60,346 bases of DNA from a bacterium (GTDB lineage Bacteria; Cyanobacteriota; Vampirovibrionia; LMEP-6097). Under the pieces are notes generated by a model. The model had not been told where the DNA came from. It made no database searches and worked only from the letters and a program-made list of their open reading frames with translations. The stretch's first letter is position 1. Every line of letters begins with the position of its first letter. The position numbers and the translations under genes were made by a program. This document shows positions 1 to 10,800 of the stretch, piece by piece. The stretch covers positions 1 to 60,346 of the forward strand of contig JBJTTW010000066.1 of NCBI GenBank assembly GCA_046080385.1, in the 5' to 3' direction.

Positions 1-2
1 AG

Positions 3-38
3 CACATAGTATTTTTTCTTACGAAAAAATACTATGTG
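3..38. other. Perfect 15-bp inverted repeat (hairpin) at window edge
   Basis: cacatagtatttttt (3-17) pairs with aaaaaatactatgtg (24-38), with 6-nt loop cttacg. It lies just upstream of the methyltransferase remnant. Confidence 0.5.
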
Positions 39-70
39 TCAATAATCTGTGATAAAAATATTAGTTGTAG

Positions 71-256
71 TTAAAAAATTCCCTTCTACTTTTCTCAATT
101 ATTGGTTTAATTTTTCAGTCCACTTTAGAAGAGATAGCTAAATTAAAACCTAAAAGAGTAGTTTTTTATGATGAGGTTTTTAAGGATGATGTCGTGAAGC
201 TTAATGCAGAGCAGACTTTAAGGAAGTTTGGGGTGGAGGATATTAGGGTTATATGA
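71..256 (+). pseudogene. C-terminal remnant of a DNA methyltransferase (type III mod-like)
   Basis: The frame ending at TGA 254-256 reads ...STLEEIAKLKPKRVVFYDEVFKDDVVKLNAEQTLRKFGVEDIRVI*. This resembles the conserved C-terminal tail of type III/N6-adenine Mod proteins. The frame is closed by stops at 50-70 and has no start codon. Its stop overlaps the next ATG (ATGA). Confidence 0.4.
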
Positions 257-1440
257 GTGATCTAATTGAGCGAGAAGATTATCATAGCTTGCTTCTTGAA
301 TTAAAATCTAAAATTCATCAGTCACAATTCAGAGCAAGCTTAGCTGTTAATAAGGAGCTCATATTACTTTACTGGCAAATCGGTAATTCTATACTGGTAC
401 AGCAAGAAAAAGAAGGCTGGGGTTCCAAGATTATAGAGCAATTAGCTAAAGATCTGAAGAGTGAATTTCCACTAATGAAGGGCTTTTCAGTGCGTAATCT
501 TAAGGAAGTGATGAAAAATGAAATTTTTCATCACGGACTGTCAGGTCAAGAGGTTAAGGATCCGCTCCCCGAGCTAGGTTTTATACCTCGGTCGGGGTCG
601 AAAAATGCTAAAAATAGCATTTTTCAGCGGATCCTTAAGTATATGCGTAGCTTTGCTGAAAATTATAGAGATTTAGAATTTGTGCAAGTGGTTCTTGCAC
701 AAATCACTTGGTACCATAACATAACTCTTTTAGATAAAGTAAAAGACAGCACCGAAAGAAATTTCTATATTCAAGAAAGTATTAAAAATGGCTGGTCTCG
801 TAATGTGATGGTACATCAAATAGAATCTAATCTTTACAAAAGACAGATTCAGACAGAAAAAGTACATAATTTTCAAGAAACATTAAGTAAGCCACAATCT
901 GATTTAGCACAGGAGATACTTAAAGATCCTTATAACTTTGATTTTCTCTCTTTAGGAGAAGAGATTAAAGAAAAAGACTTAGAAAGTGCTTTAGTAAAGC
1001 ATATTACAAAGTTCTTGTTAGAGCTAGGAGCAGGTTTTGCTTTTATAGGAAAACAGTATCACCTAGAAGTTGCAGGGCAGGATTTTTATATAGACCTACT
1101 TTTCTACCATATTAAACTACGTGCTTATGTAGTCATTGAGCTTAAGGCTGGAGATTTTAAGCCAGAGTACGCTGGGAAATTGAACTTCTATCTCTCCGCA
1201 GTAGATAAAATTTTAAAAAGTGATGATGATAAACCATCTATTGGTATTATTCTCTGTAAATCTAAGAGTAAGATCATCGCCGAATATGCACTAAGAGACA
1301 TTACTAAGCCGATAGGAGTTTCTGAATATATGCTTACAGAATCTATTCCAGAAAATTTCAAGGGGGAATTGCCGAGTATTGAGGATTTAGAAAAAAGTCT
1401 TAGTGATTATCAGATAATTACTAAAGAACAGGACGAATAA
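253..1440 (+). CDS. DUF1016 / YhcG-family PD-(D/E)XK nuclease-like protein carrying a 45-aa repeat-derived insertion
   Basis: N-terminal ...GWGSKIIEQLAKDLKSEFPLMKGFSVRNLK...YMRSFAENY... and C-terminal nuclease core IDLLFYHIKLRAYVVIELKAGDFKPEYAGKLNFY. The insertion lies between RNLK and YMRSF. Confidence 0.85.
   Translation: MSDLIEREDYHSLLLELKSKIHQSQFRASLAVNKELILLYWQIGNSILVQQEKEGWGSKIIEQLAKDLKSEFPLMKGFSVRNLKEVMKNEIFHHGLSGQEVKDPLPELGFIPRSGSKNAKNSIFQRILKYMRSFAENYRDLEFVQVVLAQITWYHNITLLDKVKDSTERNFYIQESIKNGWSRNVMVHQIESNLYKRQIQTEKVHNFQETLSKPQSDLAQEILKDPYNFDFLSLGEEIKEKDLESALVKHITKFLLELGAGFAFIGKQYHLEVAGQDFYIDLLFYHIKLRAYVVIELKAGDFKPEYAGKLNFYLSAVDKILKSDDDKPSIGIILCKSKSKIIAEYALRDITKPIGVSEYMLTESIPENFKGELPSIEDLEKSLSDYQIITKEQDE
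499..639 (+). mobile_element. CTTAAG-bounded 141-bp nested-palindrome element, copy 1 (in frame inside the DUF1016 CDS)
   Basis: Near-identical to the reverse complement of 40145-40286 and 42655-42796. It is flanked by cttaag at both ends. Internal hairpins are gtgatgaaaaat/atttttcatcac and gaaaaatgct/agcatttttc. The 135 bp between the duplicated CTTAAG equals 45 codons. Confidence 0.85.
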
Positions 1441-1443
1441 CTA

Positions 1444-1464
1444 GAGGATGTTAGGGTTATATAA
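1444..1464 (+). repeat. 21-bp direct repeat of the mod 3' end (partner at 236-256)
   Basis: gaggatgttagggttatataa versus gaggatattagggttatatga (19/21 identical). The two copies bracket the DUF1016 gene. Confidence 0.7.
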
Positions 1465-1471
1465 ATAAGGT

Positions 1472-2695
1472 GTGATTATGGAAGAACTAGAGTTATTAAA
1501 ACTACTATCTCTAGGAGAAGATAGTAGAAGGCAATTTAAAAAAAATATTCATAATATTGATTCCCTTGCTGCTGAGATGGTGGCCTTTAGTAATAGCAGT
1601 GGTGGACAGATATTCATTGGTGTATCTGATGATGGCAGTATAGATGAGGGACTTAGTCGAGAAGATATTAGTAGGCTAAATGAAATGCTTTCTAATGCTG
1701 CAAGTCAAAAAGTAATCCCACCGATTAATCCAGAGAATCAAGTAATCACAATTAACGATAAATTAGTAATGGTAGTAAATATTCAAGAAGGAATTAATAA
1801 ACCTTACCAAGACAGCAGTTCTCATTTTTGGGTTAAGAGTGGAGCTGATAAACGAAAACTTACAGCAAGAGAAGAATTACAGAGGATATTTCAAAGCTCA
1901 AATTTAATACACGCTGATGAAATACTAGCTAAGGGTCTAAGTATTACTGATTTGGACATGGAATATTTTCAGCAGTTTTTCCAAAAACGTTACGGAGAAA
2001 GTCTTTATGAAGCTGAATCTGGAGTCGCAAAATGTGGCGAAACTCACTTGGGATATTCAACTGATGCTTTGAACAAGCTCTTATCTAATTTAAATCTCGC
2101 TAAAGATGGACAATTAAATTTAGCAGCGGCTTTATTATTCACAAAAAATCCTTCTAATTATTTACCTGCTTTTATAGTTAAAGCAGCAGCTTTTCCTAGC
2201 CTAGAACTCACTACTGAAACATATTTAGATAGCCGTGATATTACAGGGAAACTATCAGATATTTTTCAGCAGACACTTAGTTTTATTCTTATAAATATTC
2301 ACCACATACAAGGAGACCAAGGTATTAATAGTATTGGTATCCCAGAAATACCACGTATAGTTTTAGAAGAGCTGATAGCAAATGCTTTAATTCATAGGGA
2401 TTATTTTATTTCTGCACCAGTAAGGGTCTTTATTTTTCTGGATCGAGTGGAGATCATTAGTCCAGGGCATCTGCCGAATAACCTTACTGTAGAAAATATT
2501 AAAGCAGGTAACTCTAATATACGAAACCCAGTCTTAGCTTCATTTGCGAATCATATTTTACCTTATAGGGGATTTGGATCTGGTATTTTAAGAGCTCTGC
2601 AAAATCACCCTCATATTGACTTCGAGGACGATAGAGCAGCGAATCTATTTAAGGCTATCATTTATAGACCAAGCTATGAGAGTGTATCATGCTAA
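1472..2695 (+). CDS. AlbA_2 (Schlafen-like) DNA-binding domain plus HATPase_c_4 protein ('RecG-like' putative regulator)
   Basis: N-terminal ESRRQFKK...AEMVAFSNSSGGQIFIGVSDDGSI and C-terminal EELIANALIHRDYF...VEIISPGHLPNNLTVENIKAGNSNIRNPVLA. Start is GTG 1472 or ATG 1478. The 3' end overlaps res by 7 nt. Confidence 0.8.
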   Translation: MIMEELELLKLLSLGEDSRRQFKKNIHNIDSLAAEMVAFSNSSGGQIFIGVSDDGSIDEGLSREDISRLNEMLSNAASQKVIPPINPENQVITINDKLVMVVNIQEGINKPYQDSSSHFWVKSGADKRKLTAREELQRIFQSSNLIHADEILAKGLSITDLDMEYFQQFFQKRYGESLYEAESGVAKCGETHLGYSTDALNKLLSNLNLAKDGQLNLAAALLFTKNPSNYLPAFIVKAAAFPSLELTTETYLDSRDITGKLSDIFQQTLSFILINIHHIQGDQGINSIGIPEIPRIVLEELIANALIHRDYFISAPVRVFIFLDRVEIISPGHLPNNLTVENIKAGNSNIRNPVLASFANHILPYRGFGSGILRALQNHPHIDFEDDRAANLFKAIIYRPSYESVSC

Positions 2696-5661
2696 AACTC
2701 AAATTTGATGCCAATCAAGCATATCAGCAGGAAGCTATAAGCTCTATAGTAGATATTTTCGAGGGGCAGGCATCTGTGCAATCGAGATTTACAGCCCTAG
2801 AGAGAGATAGAGGTATAGTTGGGAAAATAACAGAACTAGGTTACGCTAATAAATTAGATCTTATCGATGAAGATCTGATGAAAAATTTAATTAAAATTCA
2901 GGATCGCAATGGACTGAAACGTTCTAAGAGTCTAAAAGATATAGAATATGGAGTGCCAAACTTCGCTATAGAGATGGAAACTGGTACTGGTAAGACTTAT
3001 GTTTACAGCAGAACTATCATGGAGCTTAATGCTAGATATGGTTTTACTAAATTTATAATAGTAGTGCCGAGTGTCGCTATTAGAGAAGGTGTTTATAAAT
3101 CTTTACAAATCACAGAAGAGCATTTTAGGGAATTATACACAGGGAGAGCTTTTCATTATTTTATTTATAATTCTTCTCGTCTTAATGAAGTAAGAACCTT
3201 CGCTACTAGTGACGCTATAGAAATAATGATTATTAATATAGACGCTTTTCGTAAGGGCTTTGAGGAAGGTAAAGATAAGGCTGCGACTGTAATTCATAAC
3301 CCTTCAGATAAGCTAGAAGGACGTAAGCCTATAGAATTTATTCAGCAGACTAATCCTATAGTCATAATAGATGAACCTCAGTCTGTAGATGCTACTCCTA
3401 AAGCAAAGGAAGCTATTAAAGCCTTAAATCCACTCTGTATTTTAAGATACTCTGCTACTCACAGGGAGACTTATAATTTAATGTATAAACTAGGTGCTGT
3501 AGAGGCTTTTGAGAAAAATTTAGTTAAAAAAATAGAAGTGCTATCTATTGATAATGGAAGTTCTAATTCATCACGTATTAAACTTCTAAGTGTTTCGGAG
3601 AAATCGGGCTCTTACTCAGCTACAGTCATGCTGAACTGCATAGATAAAAAAGGTACTCATAAGTTTAAAGAGGTCTCTGTAAACACTAATAAGCGAAGCA
3701 GTCTCTATGTTGTTTCTGGGGAAAATGATGAGTATAAAGATCTTAATGTCAGCAATATCTGTGCTCAAACAGATAAAGAATACATAGAAATAAATCAGAC
3801 TGAAATTATAAAGATCGGACAGGCAGAAGATGATTTAGTAAGTAAAAGAGCTCAGATCCGCTGGACTATAGAAAGCCATTTAGATAGAGAGGCGATTCTG
3901 CTAGAGCAGGGTATTAAAGTACTATCTCTGTTTTTTATAGATAAAGTTCATAACTACAGGGAATCAGCAGACACTCAGAAAGGTATTTATGCCGAGATCT
4001 TTGAGGAAGAATATCTAAATCTAATTAAACTACCTAAATATAATCAGCTTTTCGCTAAAGAAGAATTTAAAAGCTATGCTCTGAATCCTCGTGTAGATGA
4101 GGTTCATGCAGGGTATTTCGCCCAAGATAATAAAGGTACTTATAAAGACACTAATGGAAATACTAAACCTGACGAAACCGCTTATGAATTGATTATGAAG
4201 AATAAGGAGAGACTCTTAAGCTTTGATACACCACTTAGGTTTATTTTCTCCCATTCGACTTTAAAAGAAGGCTGGGATAATCCTAATGTCTTTCAGATCT
4301 GTACTCTAGTAGAGAATCAGGATCTTATGACTAAGCGTCAGAAAATCGGTAGGGGCTTGCGTTTACCAGTGAATCAGGCTGGTGAAAGGGTTCTGGATGA
4401 AAATGTTAATATACTAACTATAGTCGCAAATGAAAGTTATGATAGTTTCGCCGAAAATTTACAGCGTGAAATAGAGAAAGATACGAATATTAAATTCGGA
4501 GTTATTACAGAAAGGTTATTTGAAACGATTCGTATACAGAGAGAAGGAGAGCATACAGAGTTAGGCTATGAAGCTTCTCTAAGAATTTATAACTATTTAA
4601 AATTAGAAAAACTAATTGATAAAAATGGTAAACCTAGCTCAGAACTCAAAGAAGCCTTAGTGATGGAATCTTTAACTTTGCCAGAAGAGTTTTTAGAAAT
4701 TAAAAAAGAAATTATCAGTACTATAGTGCAGACTCAGAAGCGTTTACCAATACTCAATAGAGCAGATAAAGTGAAATTAGAGCTTAATAAACAGGTTTAT
4801 TTAAGTCCAGATTTTATTGAGCTTTGGGAACGTATTAAATATAAAACTGTTTATAGAATTGATTTTAGCAGTGACGAACTAATAGAAAGCTGCACTAAGG
4901 CGATAGCAAGAATGCCAGAAATAAAAACCAATCCAGTAATAGGAAGATGGGTTAAGCTGCAAATAGATAAAAAGGGAATTTCGGCTAGCGATCCTTTACG
5001 CATTAGGACTTTGATTCGGGAAGAGTATGAGGATAAACGTTTACCAGATATATTAAAATACGTGGAAACTTATACTAGGCTTAAAAAGAGTTCTATTGCA
5101 GAAATTTTAATTAGATCTAAAACTCTTGATGCTTTTTACTCAAACCCTCAAGAGTACATGGAAAGAGTGGTAGAGGCTATTAATGCAGAAAAACGCAAGA
5201 TAGTCGTTAATGGTATTAAATATGAAAAAATAGGTGCTCACGAATTCTACCAGCAAGAACTATTTGATGATAAAGAGCTAATAGGGTATCTGAAAAACAA
5301 TGCCATTCCTGTATCTAAAAATGTTTACTCTCATGTACTTTATGATTCTGGAGTAGAAAAGCTTTGGGCAGAAAGGTTGAATAATGATCCAGATGTGAAA
5401 TTATTCACTAAACTACCGCGCTGGTTTAAAATTGAAACGCCACTTGGTGACTATCATCCCGATTGGATGATTTTATTAGATAAAAATTCAGAAGAAAAAC
5501 TTTATTTCGTAATTGAGACTAAAGGCTCCATTAAAGATGAAGATTTAAGATATCTAGAGGATAAAAAGATTCAGTGTGGTGAAAAGCATTTCGAAGCTTT
5601 AGGTACTGGAGTGAGTTTTACCAAGGCTGACGATTATAATACTTGGCGAGCTGGGGTTTAA
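2689..5661 (+). CDS. res: Type III restriction endonuclease, Res subunit (SF2 helicase plus C-terminal PD-(D/E)XK)
   Basis: Motif I METGTGKTYVY, motif II IIDEPQS, LRYSATH, FIFSHSTLKEGWDNPNVFQICTL and QKIGRGLRLPV. C-terminal nuclease motif HPDWMILLD...YFVIETKG. Confidence 0.9.
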   Translation: MLKLKFDANQAYQQEAISSIVDIFEGQASVQSRFTALERDRGIVGKITELGYANKLDLIDEDLMKNLIKIQDRNGLKRSKSLKDIEYGVPNFAIEMETGTGKTYVYSRTIMELNARYGFTKFIIVVPSVAIREGVYKSLQITEEHFRELYTGRAFHYFIYNSSRLNEVRTFATSDAIEIMIINIDAFRKGFEEGKDKAATVIHNPSDKLEGRKPIEFIQQTNPIVIIDEPQSVDATPKAKEAIKALNPLCILRYSATHRETYNLMYKLGAVEAFEKNLVKKIEVLSIDNGSSNSSRIKLLSVSEKSGSYSATVMLNCIDKKGTHKFKEVSVNTNKRSSLYVVSGENDEYKDLNVSNICAQTDKEYIEINQTEIIKIGQAEDDLVSKRAQIRWTIESHLDREAILLEQGIKVLSLFFIDKVHNYRESADTQKGIYAEIFEEEYLNLIKLPKYNQLFAKEEFKSYALNPRVDEVHAGYFAQDNKGTYKDTNGNTKPDETAYELIMKNKERLLSFDTPLRFIFSHSTLKEGWDNPNVFQICTLVENQDLMTKRQKIGRGLRLPVNQAGERVLDENVNILTIVANESYDSFAENLQREIEKDTNIKFGVITERLFETIRIQREGEHTELGYEASLRIYNYLKLEKLIDKNGKPSSELKEALVMESLTLPEEFLEIKKEIISTIVQTQKRLPILNRADKVKLELNKQVYLSPDFIELWERIKYKTVYRIDFSSDELIESCTKAIARMPEIKTNPVIGRWVKLQIDKKGISASDPLRIRTLIREEYEDKRLPDILKYVETYTRLKKSSIAEILIRSKTLDAFYSNPQEYMERVVEAINAEKRKIVVNGIKYEKIGAHEFYQQELFDDKELIGYLKNNAIPVSKNVYSHVLYDSGVEKLWAERLNNDPDVKLFTKLPRWFKIETPLGDYHPDWMILLDKNSEEKLYFVIETKGSIKDEDLRYLEDKKIQCGEKHFEALGTGVSFTKADDYNTWRAGV

Positions 5662-5708
5662 ATAGCATCGCAGAAGACCAAAATCCCACTATTAAAACAT
5701 CGCAGAGC

Positions 5709-7862
5709 TTACAGTATTCTACAGCCATTTTCATCACATTGATAAGTTGGTTGAAATTCTAAAAGACTTTCTAAGCCGACTAAAGCTTGACCATAACCCG
5801 TAGGGTACTGCTTGGCATTAGCGACCATAATCTTAATCATAGAATTTAACTTATCTAAATAAATATTCTTATTAGTTAGTTTAAACAGCTCAATTAAATT
5901 ACCGAAAGCGATAGAATTTCCAGAGGGAAGAGCACCATCGAAAAATTCTTTATTTGCTAAAGGTAATTCCTGAGCTTCTTTATCAGCGTAGAAAAAAGCA
6001 CCATTTTTATCATCCCAGAATTTACGAAACATAATCTCCTGTGTATCTACAGCGATATTAATTAGTTTTTTAGTCTCTAGGCACTGCTCGCCAGCTCCAA
6101 TTTCTACGTTTTTGGCAACAGTGCTCTCTGAAGTCTCAGATGCTTTAATTAATTCTATTAAGGCAAAGATAAAAAAGCTGTAATCGTTTATACATGCAAT
6201 ATTTGACGAACTAATGCCGAGGCGTGAAGATTTCAGTAGTTCACCATTAGGCTTGCGCATGATTTTTAAAAGTGAATCTGTAACTTTAAGAGCAAGATTT
6301 AAAAACTTAGTATCTTGAGTTGCCTGATAAGCTTTCGCTAAACCTGCCACCATCAGTGAATTCCAATCAGTGAGTATCTTATCGTCTTTTAATGGATGGA
6401 TTCTTGTTCTACGATGTGCATAGAGCTTCTCCATTCCTGTTAGTGAAGAATCATTTAAATCTTTGCGATGCAGAATATTTCTACCTGTTTTTTCCTTAGT
6501 GCTTTCATCTAAAAAATTCCCCTTTTCCTCTATCTGAAAGGTTTTTATCATTAGAGTTAACTCATCTTTATTTAATATCTCTTTAAGCTCTTTCATCGTC
6601 CAAGTGTAAAATAATCCCTCTTCTCCCTCACTGTCAGCATCTTCAGCGCTGAAGAAAAGATTCTCTGATGAAAGCATGTCTGTTACTAAGTATTCATATA
6701 TTTCATCTAAGACTCTTTTATATACAGATATATTATTTTTAAGTTTTTCCTGATTTAAATTCAGATCTTTTAAATTTATAGAGTTTTGACTTTTTTGAGA
6801 ATAAAGTTTTTCTAAAACCAGCACGGCATCACTGTAAGCAAGCATAAGCGTAGCTTGGTCATATAGCATCTTCTCGAAATGTGGTAACAGCCACTCTCTA
6901 TCTGTAGAGTAGCGATGAAAGCCATAACCCAGTTGATCAAAAACACCACCAAGGCGAAACTGTGTCAGGCTTTTAAGCACCATATCAAGAGCAGTCAAAA
7001 TTTTTTCCTTGGCTTCTTGAGGGTGCTGGTTTATAAGGCGTTCGTAATATTTTAAAAGAAAAGAATATACATGCGGACTAAAGAATTTAGGCGCTGGTCC
7101 GAAACCACCATATTTATGATCAAACTGGTGACTTAACTGCATAAAAGCTTTATCTGATATCTCTTGAATCTCGTTACGAAAAGCTTTTGAGCTTTCATTT
7201 ATTTCTAAATTAAATATCTCTTTTCCTATTTCAGATGCTAGTTCTGAACTACTATCTTCACCTAAATGATACTTTCTATAATTAACACTAATGTTTTCGG
7301 CGGTGGTCTCTAGCTTCTCTTTATCGTTTAACCACATCTGACCAAGATGATGAGCGATTTGAATTATCCCAGGCATCTCATAGCCATTAGGATAAAGTTT
7401 ACTTAATTTAGGGAAATAAGTCCCTGCATAAAATACATGCTTTTCTGGTGTAAGAAAAAGATTAAGAGGCCAGCCCCCTCTAGATATAAGCATTTGAGCT
7501 ATACCCATATAAAGACTGTCTATGTCTGGTCTTTCCTCTCTATCGACTTTAATACAGATGAAATATTGATTTAAAACCTTGGCTACATCTTCATTCTCAA
7601 AGGATTCATGCTCCATGACATGACACCAATGACAAGTCGAATAACCAATAGATAAAAATATAGCTTTATTTTCTACTTTAGCCTTAGCAAAAGCTTTTTC
7701 AGACCATGGATACCAATCTACTGGATTCGCAGCATGCTGTAATAGATAAGGACTTTTCTCGAATACCAGCCTATTCCATTTATGACCACCATCTTCTGGA
7801 ATTTTTTTTAAATCCTCGCCTTGGGGCAGGTCTTGAAGTACTTTTTCTATGGTGTAATTCAT
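5709..7862 (-). CDS. Thioredoxin-domain protein, YyaL/DUF255 (SSP411-like) family
   Basis: [45 protein letters not shown] followed by a six-hairpin glycosidase-like C-terminal region. Confidence 0.9.
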   Translation of the reverse strand: MNYTIEKVLQDLPQGEDLKKIPEDGGHKWNRLVFEKSPYLLQHAANPVDWYPWSEKAFAKAKVENKAIFLSIGYSTCHWCHVMEHESFENEDVAKVLNQYFICIKVDREERPDIDSLYMGIAQMLISRGGWPLNLFLTPEKHVFYAGTYFPKLSKLYPNGYEMPGIIQIAHHLGQMWLNDKEKLETTAENISVNYRKYHLGEDSSSELASEIGKEIFNLEINESSKAFRNEIQEISDKAFMQLSHQFDHKYGGFGPAPKFFSPHVYSFLLKYYERLINQHPQEAKEKILTALDMVLKSLTQFRLGGVFDQLGYGFHRYSTDREWLLPHFEKMLYDQATLMLAYSDAVLVLEKLYSQKSQNSINLKDLNLNQEKLKNNISVYKRVLDEIYEYLVTDMLSSENLFFSAEDADSEGEEGLFYTWTMKELKEILNKDELTLMIKTFQIEEKGNFLDESTKEKTGRNILHRKDLNDSSLTGMEKLYAHRRTRIHPLKDDKILTDWNSLMVAGLAKAYQATQDTKFLNLALKVTDSLLKIMRKPNGELLKSSRLGISSSNIACINDYSFFIFALIELIKASETSESTVAKNVEIGAGEQCLETKKLINIAVDTQEIMFRKFWDDKNGAFFYADKEAQELPLANKEFFDGALPSGNSIAFGNLIELFKLTNKNIYLDKLNSMIKIMVANAKQYPTGYGQALVGLESLLEFQPTYQCDENGCRIL

Positions 7863-7881
7863 TTAATAAAAATCTTAGCAA

Positions 7882-10800
7882 TTATAGCCAAGCAAAACTC
7901 TCTTTAATAGACTGAGCTATAGCATCAGGATCACTAGCTTTACCCTTAGCTTTAAATTTAAAGAAACGCTTTTCAGATTTACGTAAGCCTAAGTTCAGGT
8001 TAGCGACAGAGGTTAAATTACCAAGATTAAACTCGCCTATACCTACTTTTTGCAGGAAGCTTTTAGAATATTTTGGTATCACCCCTTGCCCACGAACATC
8101 TTGAAAATCTTTATCTTTGTTGTAGTCCACATAACCTTTTGCCAAAATCTCTATCTGTGGTGCTTTTAATAAAAACTTCTCTGTACTTACCTTTCCACGA
8201 TTATAACTAAGAGAACTAATTAAATGATCAAAACGACCACCTTCAAAAGTAATTAGAGTATGCACTATGTTATTCATATCTAAACTCTTTACAGCATTAA
8301 TTGCTGAAAGTATACGCTGCATTAAGCTTAACTGGCTGAGCTTACCATTTTTAATGATTAGATCAGCTTTACCTTCTAAGTTAAAGAAAACCTCGTCTGG
8401 GAGGAGACCTTTAGTCTTACCCGTAAAATTAATATCTAGTAAACCACTAGGGATCTCCGAACCTAATTTCCAAATGCTTTCTGCAATTTCATGAGCTGGT
8501 AGCTTATTACCGTTAATCTTAAATACTGAATCAAAGTTTAGATAATTAAAATCTATACTAGATTCAACGAAACCTTCTTTAATACGAGCTTTCAGATTTC
8601 TTACTCTTGAAAACTGTTCATCTACAGCTAAATGAAAGGATAGATCACTATAAGGTAATCCATTCCAGTCACCAGCAGTCATTCTCATCTGCATTTCAGC
8701 AGGTTTATTAACTACAGAAATAAATTCTATCTTAGAACTTTTACTAAACAGATCACCAATACCAAACTGCTTTGCAGTTGCTGGTCCTAGAGTGAATTTA
8801 CACACAGATAATCTATCAAGATAGCTACCGTAAGTGTCACAGAGGAAATTACCATTATTGAATACTAAATTAAATGGTTTAATAGTAGCGATATGTGGTG
8901 AATATAGATTTAGATTATTTTTCACAGTTTCCGTTTCAGGAGGAGATTCCACAAGAATTTCATAATTCAATTTTTCTCTATTTCGGTAATCTCTTACCTG
9001 AAAGCGTCCGAATAATTTAGCTTTATTAACACCTTGCTTAAAAACAACCTTCGCATCATTGGAGCTAATCAAACTAGGAGTAATAGTAATTTTAGTTTTA
9101 ATTTTAGTAAGAATTTTTTTATCTAAATCTAGCCAAGTGGAGAATTTACAATATTTAAGTTCATCAAGAAAAACTTTAACATCTAATACTTGCTTTGCTG
9201 GTCCGCCATTTAAAGCTAACTCGGAGCGGACTAATCCTTCGTAATTCAAACTAGTTTTAATCGCAGGCGGGGAATACTTATTAAGCAAACTAGAGTGCAG
9301 TTTCCCCTTGAATAGTAGATTAAATAACGGCTCAAAACTTTCTTTACCAATATTTTGAATATCGCCATTAAAGATTCCAGAACTAGCTCCAGAGCTTAAA
9401 CTTAAATCCTCAAAAGTAAATTTATTATTCCTAAAACTGAGTTTCCCATTTAAATTTCGCACTGGCTCTGAGAATTTCTCATGGACACTAGTCAGAGAAA
9501 CATTTTTAAAAGTGCTGTCGACCTCAAGCCCAAGAGGATTATATTTAAGAACAATATCTAATAATCCATTTGGATCTATAACAAAATCCTTTATTTTAGG
9601 TACATTAAAAAGGCTCAAATAATAAAGGTCTTTCGCTAAAAGATTAGTTGCAAGTAATTCTATTGATTGTATATGACCACTTGTATCCATAGCACCCATG
9701 CCCTTAATTTCAGCACCATTAATATGAGCTGAAAGGTTTTTAGAACTAATTAATGTTTTGGAAAGAATGACTTCACCATTTACATCACTGATAATAGGCG
9801 TATCTTCGTTGATTTGAAAATTAAGATCTTTAATATCAAAGCGCCCTTCCATATTGTAATCACCATGATTAGGTGTGGTGATCTTCAGCTTAATATTCGC
9901 AAGTTCACCATAAAGACTGTCTGGGAGTATTTTTTTAAACTGAAACGAGTCTAAAGCACCAGACTCTAAAATCCCAGAAAGGTCTAATTTCTGTGCTATA
10001 AAATCAAGTTTAATTTTAGGCTTCGCTGGTGCTGCTGGAAATTCTATTTCACCATTACTAGAAAAGAAACTACCATTAATAAAACCATTTAGCTGTTTAA
10101 TTTTTAGGTCATTATTATCTATCTGTAAATCAGCATTTAACTGATTTACAGATAAAGGGTAATCCTGTTTTCTAAATCGACCATCTGTAATTTTGGCAGT
10201 TCCCTTAAGGAAACTATCGGTTATTTGCAGGTCTATAAAAGCAAAACCTTTTAAAGTCGAGTTACTGAGATAGTTCTGATATTCTTTAAAGAAATTAAAA
10301 CCATGGAAAATTTTCTTGAACTTCTCTATGGCAAAGTCTTTGGTGAAAATTTTAATATCAAATTTTTTAGTCTTAGTATTAATCTTTCCTGTAACATTTA
10401 AAGCACTCTCATTGAAAGGAATACTAAGATTTAGAATTTTAAAATTTTCACCCTTAAAACTCAGATCAGCAGTGAGAAGCTTATCTAAGACTTCGAAAGT
10501 TTTGTTAATTCTCTGCTTGAGATTAAGCTTTAGCTTTAAGGTTCTCTGTTTAATATCAGAGCTATAACTGACTTCACCATTGAAAAGATCATTATAATTA
10601 ATGATCTTAATTTTACTTAATATAGTTTTTAAATTTTCATTATCTATAAAAGTAAAATGATTTTGAACTAAGTTGAGTAAGTCATTATTAGTGAGTTTTA
10701 CTTTTATATCTATGTCTGGGTTTTTACTTTGCCATTTTTTAAGATCTCCAGTAATAGCAAAAAACTCTTGATCAAAAGATGTTTCAAGCTTATTGATATG

